Source of the DNA: Candidatus Omnitrophota bacterium | GTDB taxonomy: Bacteria; Omnitrophota; Gorgyraeia; Zapsychrales; Zapsychraceae | DNA length: 64,000 nucleotides | NCBI GenBank assembly: GCA_003528115.1 | Contig: DOGZ01000014.1 | Coordinates: forward strand, 166,081-230,080 | Reading direction: 5' to 3' | Shown here: one piece after another, positions 55,067-63,046 of the stretch | Position numbering within the stretch: position 1 is the first letter of the stretch | Layout of the letters: each line of letters opens with the position of its first letter | Notes under the pieces: generated by a model | What the model was told of the DNA's origin: nothing | What the model saw: only the letters and a program-made list of their open reading frames with translations | Database searches by the model: none | Made by a program: the position numbers and the translations under genes

Positions 55067-56688
55067 AGGTATCCATTCAAGAAACCCCGTCACACCTGCC
55101 TCGGTCCGAGGCCTTCGCCGGGGGGAGAAAAGTTCCTTCATTGAAAACAAAAGAGGACCGTGTGGATGTGGTGTTTATTTATCCCAAGACGGGGATAGAT
55201 TTAGGCGCTACGATCGGCCCGCCGCACGCCCTATTATCTGTGGCGGCGCCTCTTTTAAAAAAAGGATTCAAAGTCAAGATTGTCGATCAACGCACGGACG
55301 CGCATTGGCGTGAAACCTTAAGCGGGATGTTGGCGCAAAGGCCGATTTGTGTCGCGTTGACCTCCATGACCGGCACGCAGATTTATTTCGCGTTAGAAGC
55401 CGCTAAACTTGTGCGAGAAGTCTCCAACGGAAAGATCCCTATTGTCTGGGGCGGGGCGCATCCGTCCAGCCTTCCGGAACAGACTTTGAAAAGCGAATAT
55501 GTGGATGTGGTGTGTATCGGCGAAGGGGATATCACGTTCTTGGAATTGGTGCAGGTGTTGGCGAATAAAGAACCGTTGGATCAGGTCAAAGGGATTGTCT
55601 TTAAAGACGGCGTCAAAATGACCATGACTCCGGGCCGGCCTCTGCTGGACGTGGAGACACTCCTGCCCGTGCCGTGGGAATTGGTGGACGTTGAAAAATA
55701 TATCCACAGGGATTTCTACCTGAAAGAAACCCGGCGGAGTCTGGATATCGGCCAGACCTCGCGGGGGTGTCCATTTCAATGCGGATTTTGTTCAAGCGCC
55801 GCGTTGCGCCACAGGCAGTGGCGTCCCATGTCGGTCAAGAGATCTCTGGAGATGATCCTCGAACCGGTCAAGAGATTCCATCTGGATGGTATTTGGATTC
55901 GGGATGATGAGTTTTACATCGACCGGGAGCGGGCCTACGAGATCTGTCAGGGCATTATTGACAGCGGCGTTAAAATCAAATGGTATACTTCTGGGACGCG
56001 GGTAAATATTTTTAATATGGCCACGGACAAAGACCTCGATATCCTCAAAAGAAGCGGCGCCGACACATTGAAGTTTGGGGCCGAATCCGGCTCGAACAGG
56101 ATTTTAAAATTGATGAAGAAAGGGATCCGTTGTGAGGATACCATTGAGGCGAATCTCAAGGCCAAGAGACACGGCATTATCCCTGTCTTTGCCCTCATGA
56201 TTGGATTTCCAACGGAAACATTTGAAGATATCGACAAAACGATTGATCTGTTTGTCCGGTTAAAGAAGGATAATCCCAAGGCCCAGTTTGAAATTATAGG
56301 AACATTTACGGCCATGCCCCAGACGCCGCTTTACGAGGTGGCTTTACAGCACGGGTTACATCCTCCGCAATCGTTGGAAGGCTGGATTGATTGGCTTTCG
56401 GATGAGTATGATATGGAAGGAAAAAAAATCCCGTGGTTTAACGCTTCGGAGAGAAAGAAGATCGGTAACATCACTTATATGAGCCTTTTGGCCAACAGTT
56501 CTTTGAACGCGATCGGCGGGGTTTCTAACAATGCTATGAGGCTTCTCTTAAAATTGTTTATTAGTCCGCTGAGCCGGTATGAGGGGTATAAACTCAGAAG
56601 AAAGTTGTATGGTTTTTCTCCGGAACTGGATTTCATGCGGTTTCTGCGACGAAAAGTCTTTTACAGGCGGAATCAGAGTATTCATTAG
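55063..56688 (+). CDS. Class B radical SAM enzyme with N-terminal B12-binding-like domain
   Basis: The N-terminus VDVVFIYPKTG…LLSVAAPLLKKGFKVKIVD is present. The rSAM core is GQTSRGCPFQCGFCSSA. It has an ATGA overlap with the epimerase. Confidence 0.8.
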   Translation: MKVSIQETPSHLPRSEAFAGGRKVPSLKTKEDRVDVVFIYPKTGIDLGATIGPPHALLSVAAPLLKKGFKVKIVDQRTDAHWRETLSGMLAQRPICVALTSMTGTQIYFALEAAKLVREVSNGKIPIVWGGAHPSSLPEQTLKSEYVDVVCIGEGDITFLELVQVLANKEPLDQVKGIVFKDGVKMTMTPGRPLLDVETLLPVPWELVDVEKYIHRDFYLKETRRSLDIGQTSRGCPFQCGFCSSAALRHRQWRPMSVKRSLEMILEPVKRFHLDGIWIRDDEFYIDRERAYEICQGIIDSGVKIKWYTSGTRVNIFNMATDKDLDILKRSGADTLKFGAESGSNRILKLMKKGIRCEDTIEANLKAKRHGIIPVFALMIGFPTETFEDIDKTIDLFVRLKKDNPKAQFEIIGTFTAMPQTPLYEVALQHGLHPPQSLEGWIDWLSDEYDMEGKKIPWFNASERKKIGNITYMSLLANSSLNAIGGVSNNAMRLLLKLFISPLSRYEGYKLRRKLYGFSPELDFMRFLRRKVFYRRNQSIH

Positions 56689-56704
56689 AAAGGGAATAGA
56701 GGCG

Positions 56705-58174
56705 TTGAATCCAAAAATTATCCTCGCCACGGTAAATTCGAAAAGGGATCTTTATGCCGCGACAACGGATGAGTTTTCAGCCGTTGCTCCGAATATTCAG
56801 ATGGGGCTCTTGGCGTCTTACGTGAAGTCCCGGGGTATCGATGTCGAGATCATCGAATCCGACGTGGATATGATCTCGATGGATCAACTGCTGGATATCG
56901 CCCAGAAGAAGAGTCCTACGCTTTTGGGGATCATTTGTTCAGGGGCCAATCCCTCTTCCTCCACCATGGTCATGGCGGGTATCGTGGATTTCTTTGAGAG
57001 GTTTCATCAAAGGAAGATGAATGTCAAGACATTCATTTGGGGGCCGCATCCGACGGTTCTTCCGGAGAGGTCGTTAAAGGAAACGGGCGCGGATTTTGTG
57101 GTCAGAGGCGAAGGGTACACAACCATCGTTGATCTGTTTCACGCTTTGCGGGACGGCGGAGATTTGGAGAAAATCAGCGGCCTGGCTTATTGCGTTAAGA
57201 ACGGGGCGGTTCAAGAGCCGGCTGTGATTGTGACACAAGACACCCCTTTGATCAAAGATCTTGACAGCCTGCCGCCGGTTGACTGGGACGTTATGCGTCC
57301 GTCCCGTTATCGGGCGCATAACTGGCATTGTTTCGGAGATCTCCATCATCGAACGCCCTATGCTATTCTCTGGACCAGTTTCGGATGTCCGTTCCCCTGT
57401 AATTTTTGTTCCATCAATAATCTCTTCGGTAAAAGGACTCAACGGTTTCGCAGCGTTGACCGCGTGATTGACGAAATCAGCTTGCTGGTTCAAAAATACA
57501 AGGTTAAACATATCAAGATATTGGATGAATTATTTGTGGTTAACTCTAAAAGAATAGATGAATTTTGTGACAAGCTCGAGGTCAAAGGATTTGACTTGAA
57601 TATGTGGGCGTATTCCAGGGTGGATACGATCAGCCGGCCTTTGCTTAAAAGGCTCAAGAAGGTCGGGATGAATTGGATCTCGTACGGATTTGAATCCGCG
57701 ACACCGGAGATTTTAAAGACGGCGGATAAAGGGAATCAAAAGACGGATGTGGATCAGGTGATCCGTATGACCCAGGAGGAAGGGGTCTCGATATGCGCGG
57801 ACGTCATGTTCGGTTTGGAGGGCGAGAATGAAGAGACGATGAACCGCACGTATGATTTCCTTGTTAAATACAATTTTGAATGGGCGAATATTTATCCGGT
57901 CTTTGCTTATCCGGGGACGAAATTCTTTCGAGAAGTCGAGCCTCCGAAGAACTGGAAGGCTTATTCCCTTTACGGGTATGAATGCGCGCCGATGGCAACG
58001 AAATATCTTACCTCCAAAGAGGTGCTCAAATTCCGTGATGAGGCCTTTGTCCGTTATCATGGCCGTCCGGAATACCTGTGGATGATCGAGAAAAAATTTG
58101 GGGTCGATACCAAGGAACATATCTTAAGAATGATCGCCATTCCCTTGAGAAGAAGGTTATTGGAGAATGAGTAG
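56705..58174 (+). CDS. Class B radical SAM enzyme with N-terminal B12-binding-like domain
   Basis: The probable start is TTG 56705 (LNPKIILATVN…), preceded by agagg. The B12-like domain reads MGLLASYVKSRGIDVEIIESD. The rSAM core is WTSFGCPFPCNFCSINN. The ORF track starts earlier, at 56579. Confidence 0.75.
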   Translation: MNPKIILATVNSKRDLYAATTDEFSAVAPNIQMGLLASYVKSRGIDVEIIESDVDMISMDQLLDIAQKKSPTLLGIICSGANPSSSTMVMAGIVDFFERFHQRKMNVKTFIWGPHPTVLPERSLKETGADFVVRGEGYTTIVDLFHALRDGGDLEKISGLAYCVKNGAVQEPAVIVTQDTPLIKDLDSLPPVDWDVMRPSRYRAHNWHCFGDLHHRTPYAILWTSFGCPFPCNFCSINNLFGKRTQRFRSVDRVIDEISLLVQKYKVKHIKILDELFVVNSKRIDEFCDKLEVKGFDLNMWAYSRVDTISRPLLKRLKKVGMNWISYGFESATPEILKTADKGNQKTDVDQVIRMTQEEGVSICADVMFGLEGENEETMNRTYDFLVKYNFEWANIYPVFAYPGTKFFREVEPPKNWKAYSLYGYECAPMATKYLTSKEVLKFRDEAFVRYHGRPEYLWMIEKKFGVDTKEHILRMIAIPLRRRLLENE

Positions 58175-60572
58175 AATCTGTGACAGCAAAATGAAGGTAT
58201 TTTGCTGGGTCGCGTTTTTATATAGTCTTATTTATTTATTCTTAATAGGACAACACCGCCTCCCCATCGACCACGACACCTTTCAATATCTCCAGCAGCA
58301 ATACGTCTATTTTAACGAGGTTGTTCAAAACCGCTCTTTACCCTACTGGCTTCCCTATTATATCCATGGTTATGTGGGCAATTATCAATTTCTTCCTCAG
58401 TTAACTTTGCTTTCACCGGTCTTTTATGGGCTGGGGTTAATTTCGGATCAATGGAACTATCTTTATTTGTATTATTTTGGGTTGTGGTTTGAAGAGCTTT
58501 TTTTCCTGTTAGGCATTATCTTACTGGCCACTCTTTATTATAAAAACTTAAAAACAATCCTCTATGTGTCCATCACCCTGCTGGGGACAAACATCTGGTA
58601 TCCACAGATCTGGTGGAATTTTCATATTTATTATTTCATTCCTATCGTCTTGTATTGCCTGCACAGGGCTTTAACCAAAGGCCTTTTTCGCTACGTGATT
58701 GGAGCGGTGCTTTTTTTTGCCTTGGCTGTTTACGGGAATTTTCTGTATTGCGGCGTCTTTGTCGCGTTTGTTGTGGGGGTGTATTTTCTGTTTCTTGTTC
58801 CAGTCTATTTTAAAAAGAGATCTTACCTGGAAGGCTTGGCCGGATTCAGCCGACACAGTCCTGTCTTGAACATTCTTAAAAAGTTATTCGTCTTATATTT
58901 TTATGTATTTTTGTATCAGGGGATCAAAACCCTTTGGATGAGAAAGAAGATCCTTTGGTACACCGTTGTCTTTATGGGTTTGATTGGCCTGATGGCGGTG
59001 AGTTTTTATTATGTCAAGTACGGTGATCATGAACTGGCCTATTTGTATAACACGCGGGACGCGAGCGGGAAAATCGCTATTAATACATTTTTGAATTACG
59101 GCGGATCCCTGGGGTGGGGCAAATTCGGGGAGATTTTTCAGAGATACGGCAATTCGGTTGACCTCAATTTGTACGCGGGGTTCTGTGTTCTGCCTTTTGT
59201 ATTCCTGGCTTTATTGTTTAGCCGTCGGAAAATGTCTTATGTGGTGGGCGGCACGGCGCTCGTGATTTTGCTTTTCAGCGCCGGTACGGGAGTGGCGCAG
59301 GCGTTTTATTATGTGTTTCCTTTAGGAAAGGTTTTTCGTCATATCGGTTTAACGGCGAGCGTGTTTAAGCTGTTTATGGTTTTGTATGCCGGTTTTGGAT
59401 TCGAAATTTTTCTTAAACGTTTGGAACACGATCGAAGGATGGTTTTCGTTGTTGGCGCGTTCTTAATTCCTTTGCTATGGACATTGCGGAAGGTTTATGT
59501 GTTGAATCCAGAGCGATTCTGGTTTGTGTCCCAGGCGGAACAAGCCGTTTTCGCGAAGATCCCCTATGTTCTGGTGGGCGGGCTTTTCTTGGTGTTTTTG
59601 TATTGGATGATAAGCAGGGAAGGAAGGCGGCGCGACCTTCTTGTGAGCGGGCTGCTGGTCTTGATTTTCATGGATCTTTTTTCTTACAAGTATTCCCTCA
59701 TTGTCGCGCGCATGCCGAAGGTTTCAAAAGAAGTGATCAGTCTTTTTAAACCGTTTAAATACGCCTTTCCTTTGGGGCGTCTTTTAACGACGGAATCGCA
59801 CGCGGCCTATAGTGACAGAGTTAAGAAATTCTTGCCGCTTATGCGTCATAATCCTCAATTGACGAAATATAATACGATCGATTCTTTTCTGTTCGCGGAT
59901 TCATTTGTTTCAAGTTATCGGGTGGATTTTATCTTAAATTCCATCAAGGATTATTTTTCCGCGCGTGAACTTTTCCCCGGGGAAGAGATTTATAGAAAGT
60001 ATTCCGGTGTCGGAACGCCGAAACTTGGTGTTTTCTCAAAGATTAACGAAGTGGAGAATCACGATGCCGTCGGAAGAGTTTTTCGGCAACCCGGTTTCAG
60101 CGGGGATATGATTTTCGTGGCCGCTGAGGAAATCAGGAAGTTGGAAGGAAAAATCCCTGAGGCGCTTATCCAGCGTCAGGATATGCGGGACTTCCAAAAC
60201 CGCAATGAACGATTGGGGGGAGAGCTTACGATCAAGCAGTTTTCTTTTAATTCTCTTGTTTTGATATCCTCCGTTCCAGGACGTTCCGATCAGCCCTGTT
60301 TTCTCTATTACGCCGACGCCTATCATCCTCATTGGCAGGCGTACGTTAACGGGAAAAAAGTCCCGGTGATGAGGGTCAATATTGGGTATAAAGCTATTCC
60401 TATTCCGTATGGAGAAGCCCAAATTGTTTTTAAGTTCGGTAATCTTTTTTATCCCCTTTCATTTCTTTGCACGTTGTTGATGAGTACGGCAATTTTGTTC
60501 GCTATTCTTTACGTTTTCTTTACGGAGATGATCTCTTACCGTAAAAAAGTTGTTGTGAAAGAAATCACATGA
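58167..60572 (+). CDS. YfhO-like polytopic membrane protein (N-terminal ~14 TMs, extracytoplasmic domain, terminal TM); GT-C-type glycosyltransferase candidate
   Basis: It is 801 aa with YfhO-like topology. A C-terminal TM helix FLCTLLMSTAILFAILYVFF is present. It overlaps the upstream gene by 8 nt. Confidence 0.5.
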   Translation: MSRICDSKMKVFCWVAFLYSLIYLFLIGQHRLPIDHDTFQYLQQQYVYFNEVVQNRSLPYWLPYYIHGYVGNYQFLPQLTLLSPVFYGLGLISDQWNYLYLYYFGLWFEELFFLLGIILLATLYYKNLKTILYVSITLLGTNIWYPQIWWNFHIYYFIPIVLYCLHRALTKGLFRYVIGAVLFFALAVYGNFLYCGVFVAFVVGVYFLFLVPVYFKKRSYLEGLAGFSRHSPVLNILKKLFVLYFYVFLYQGIKTLWMRKKILWYTVVFMGLIGLMAVSFYYVKYGDHELAYLYNTRDASGKIAINTFLNYGGSLGWGKFGEIFQRYGNSVDLNLYAGFCVLPFVFLALLFSRRKMSYVVGGTALVILLFSAGTGVAQAFYYVFPLGKVFRHIGLTASVFKLFMVLYAGFGFEIFLKRLEHDRRMVFVVGAFLIPLLWTLRKVYVLNPERFWFVSQAEQAVFAKIPYVLVGGLFLVFLYWMISREGRRRDLLVSGLLVLIFMDLFSYKYSLIVARMPKVSKEVISLFKPFKYAFPLGRLLTTESHAAYSDRVKKFLPLMRHNPQLTKYNTIDSFLFADSFVSSYRVDFILNSIKDYFSARELFPGEEIYRKYSGVGTPKLGVFSKINEVENHDAVGRVFRQPGFSGDMIFVAAEEIRKLEGKIPEALIQRQDMRDFQNRNERLGGELTIKQFSFNSLVLISSVPGRSDQPCFLYYADAYHPHWQAYVNGKKVPVMRVNIGYKAIPIPYGEAQIVFKFGNLFYPLSFLCTLLMSTAILFAILYVFFTEMISYRKKVVVKEIT

Positions 60573-62221
60573 AGGATTCCTGGAAGAGGACTCTCCTGGC
60601 CGGGGGACGGCCGTATGTCTGGATTATTCTGACGGGATTTGTATTGTATGCCAAGACATTGTTTTACGGGATCACGTATCTGGATGATAGTTCCTGGCTC
60701 CTCGATTATCAGTACTTCCTCAAGAATCTCTCCAATATCGGTCTTTTGTTTTCCCGGCCGGATTTCCTGACGCCGATCTTCTACCGTCCTGTTTTGGGAC
60801 TCTCTTTTATGCTGGATGCCCAAGGAAGCGGGAGCTCGCCGTTCGGGTATCATCTGACGAATGTCTGCATTCATTTGATCAATGCCTGTCTGGTCTTTGC
60901 ATTATTTATGAGACTTGGATACAGGCGGGGATTGAGTTTCTTTTTCGCCCTTGTATTTACGGTTCACCCAGGGCTGACCATGGCCGTGGCCTGGATTCCG
61001 GGGAGGACGGATTCTTTGTTGGGTCTTTTTGTCCTGGCATCGTTTATTTTCTTTCTTCATTATTTTGAACGGAAGAATTGGCTGAGCCTCGTCACTCATT
61101 TAGTGTTTTTGCTTTTGGGATTTTTGACCAAAGAAACGGGTTTTGTTATGCCGGTGATATGTTTTTTATATATCTGGCTTATCGATACTCCTGAGGGGAA
61201 GAAGAAAAAGGATTATGGGCTGTGGTTCGGTTGGGCCATGGTGTTGGGCGGGTGTTTAATTTTTAGAAAAATGATATTGAAAGGGCAGTTCTCCGATGCC
61301 GGAGTGGTGTGGGCGATGAAGTCCATTCACCAGGATGTGTCCGGGTTTATTTTTTATTTGGGAAAGGCCATTCTGCCTTTGACGCTATCCGTCGTTCCTA
61401 TCCGTCCGGACGTGAAATTAACGTCGGGCATAGTCTCGTTGATGATTTTGGTTCTTGTCATCCTGGTGGGGAGAAAGAAACGGATGAATCATGTCTTCTT
61501 TGGTCTCATCTGGTTTTTTCTTTTTCTTATACCGGGGGTCATTCATTACTTTGTCATTCATGAGTACAGAGTTTACTTGCCGCTCATCGGCTGTTTGATC
61601 GTCTTCATGGAAGGGATCAACGTTGGGCTTTCGGACATTCAGCCATCCCATAATAGAAAAGTCTTATTTCTTTCGGCGGGTTTTATTATCCTTCTGTTTT
61701 CGATGACCTTTATCCAAAGCCGTCATCTCAAAAACGGATTGGCCTTTTGGCGCAACGCGGTCAAGACATCACCGAGTTATCCTTTGGCGCATCGCAATCT
61801 CGGGGCGATGTATTATTTTGAAAACAGGATGGACGAAGCCGAAGCGGCGTATAAAAAATCTTTGGAACTGAATCCGTATGAACCCATGGTCCATAATAAT
61901 CTGGGTATTATTTATATGAATAAAAATAAAGACCAGGAAGCGGAAAAGGAATACAAAACGGAGATTGCCATTAATCCCGGATTTGAAAAGGCGTATGCCA
62001 ATCTGGCCCTGCTTTATTACCGCAAGGGGCGGCCCCATGAGGCGGTTTTTTTATGGAAGAAAACCATCGACTTAAATCCGAATTATTTTGAGGCCTATTT
62101 AAGTCTGGTTATTTATTATATGGAGCAAGGACAGCGTGAGAGGGCCGTTGATTACGTTGAGCAAATGCAGAAAAGAGGGGGTGTTGTCCCGGTTGAAATA
62201 CTCCGGCAGTTACATCTTTAG
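60569..62221 (+). CDS. Polytopic membrane protein with DD motif after TM1 and C-terminal TPR repeats (second PMT/TMTC-like GT-C candidate)
   Basis: ITYLDDSSWLLDY follows TM1. About 11 TM helices are present. The C-terminal TPRs read AHRNLGAMYY…AYANLALLYY…. It has an ATGA overlap upstream. Confidence 0.5.
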   Translation: MKDSWKRTLLAGGRPYVWIILTGFVLYAKTLFYGITYLDDSSWLLDYQYFLKNLSNIGLLFSRPDFLTPIFYRPVLGLSFMLDAQGSGSSPFGYHLTNVCIHLINACLVFALFMRLGYRRGLSFFFALVFTVHPGLTMAVAWIPGRTDSLLGLFVLASFIFFLHYFERKNWLSLVTHLVFLLLGFLTKETGFVMPVICFLYIWLIDTPEGKKKKDYGLWFGWAMVLGGCLIFRKMILKGQFSDAGVVWAMKSIHQDVSGFIFYLGKAILPLTLSVVPIRPDVKLTSGIVSLMILVLVILVGRKKRMNHVFFGLIWFFLFLIPGVIHYFVIHEYRVYLPLIGCLIVFMEGINVGLSDIQPSHNRKVLFLSAGFIILLFSMTFIQSRHLKNGLAFWRNAVKTSPSYPLAHRNLGAMYYFENRMDEAEAAYKKSLELNPYEPMVHNNLGIIYMNKNKDQEAEKEYKTEIAINPGFEKAYANLALLYYRKGRPHEAVFLWKKTIDLNPNYFEAYLSLVIYYMEQGQRERAVDYVEQMQKRGGVVPVEILRQLHL

Positions 62222-62273
62222 GGGGGCGTTATTGGGGGCAACGCAGTTTTGGCGCGTTTCGAGAGTTTTTTCC

Positions 62274-63020
62274 ATGAATGATCTTCGCGAGGTAACATTC
62301 CGTTTTTACGGTGATTTGAAGCGGTTCCTTCCCCAAGGGAAAAGGACTGGGGCGTTCACGTATGCCGTCAAGGGATCCCCGGCGGTCAAAGACACCATTG
62401 AGGCCTTAGGGGTTCCGCATGGAGAAGTGGATGGCCTTGTGATCAACGGACGTTCCGTCGGGTTTTATGAGCCTGTAAAGGGAAATGATACGATCGCCGT
62501 TTATCCGGACAGCTCAAAAATCAGGTTAAGAAAGATCAAAAGGCTAAAGCCGAAATTGCCGGCGAATCCTAAATTTATCCTTGACGTTCATTTGGGCAAG
62601 CTCACCCGGCATCTGAGGTTGTTGGGTTTTGACTGCCTTTATCAAAGATCTTATAAAGATCAAGACATCGTTGAAACAACTTTGTCCCAAAGACGGATTG
62701 TCTTGACCCGAGATGTGGGACTCCTTAAAAACAAATTGATCAAATTCGGTTATTTTATACGCCATACGGAACCGGACAAACAGATCCGAGAAGTCATAAC
62801 GAAGTTTTCTCTTTCCTTTAAGACAAAACCGTTCCATCGCTGCTTGGAGTGTAACGGGCTCATCCGACGGATCTCTTTTCTCCGAGTCATTAATCATTTG
62901 CCGCCCAAAGTATCGAAATATTACAAGGAATTCGTTACCTGCCGGATCTGCGGGAGAGTGTATTGGAAGGGATCGCACTATAAACAACTTTTGAAAGTCG
63001 TAAAGAGGATATCCGTATAA
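62274..63020 (+). CDS. Mut7-C/DUF82 PIN-like nuclease-domain protein with N-terminal ubiquitin-like (MoaD/ThiS-type) domain and C-terminal Zn-ribbon
   Basis: FILDVHLGKLTRHLRLLGFDC matches the Mut7-C core. The C-terminal cysteines are CLECNG…CRICG. Confidence 0.6.
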   Translation: MNDLREVTFRFYGDLKRFLPQGKRTGAFTYAVKGSPAVKDTIEALGVPHGEVDGLVINGRSVGFYEPVKGNDTIAVYPDSSKIRLRKIKRLKPKLPANPKFILDVHLGKLTRHLRLLGFDCLYQRSYKDQDIVETTLSQRRIVLTRDVGLLKNKLIKFGYFIRHTEPDKQIREVITKFSLSFKTKPFHRCLECNGLIRRISFLRVINHLPPKVSKYYKEFVTCRICGRVYWKGSHYKQLLKVVKRISV

Positions 63021-63046
63021 TTTCTTCGTTGGAAAAAGGCTTAGCG

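Noticed and set aside
41179-58174. A RiPP (proteusin-like) interpretation of the rSAM cluster.
   Set aside because: I looked for a stand-alone small plus-strand ORF with an SD that could be a precursor peptide. I found none. All small ORFs in 41.2-58.2 kb are nested inside larger genes. The sugar-enzyme content favours a glycan or lipid pathway. It is kept only as an alternative in the main finding.
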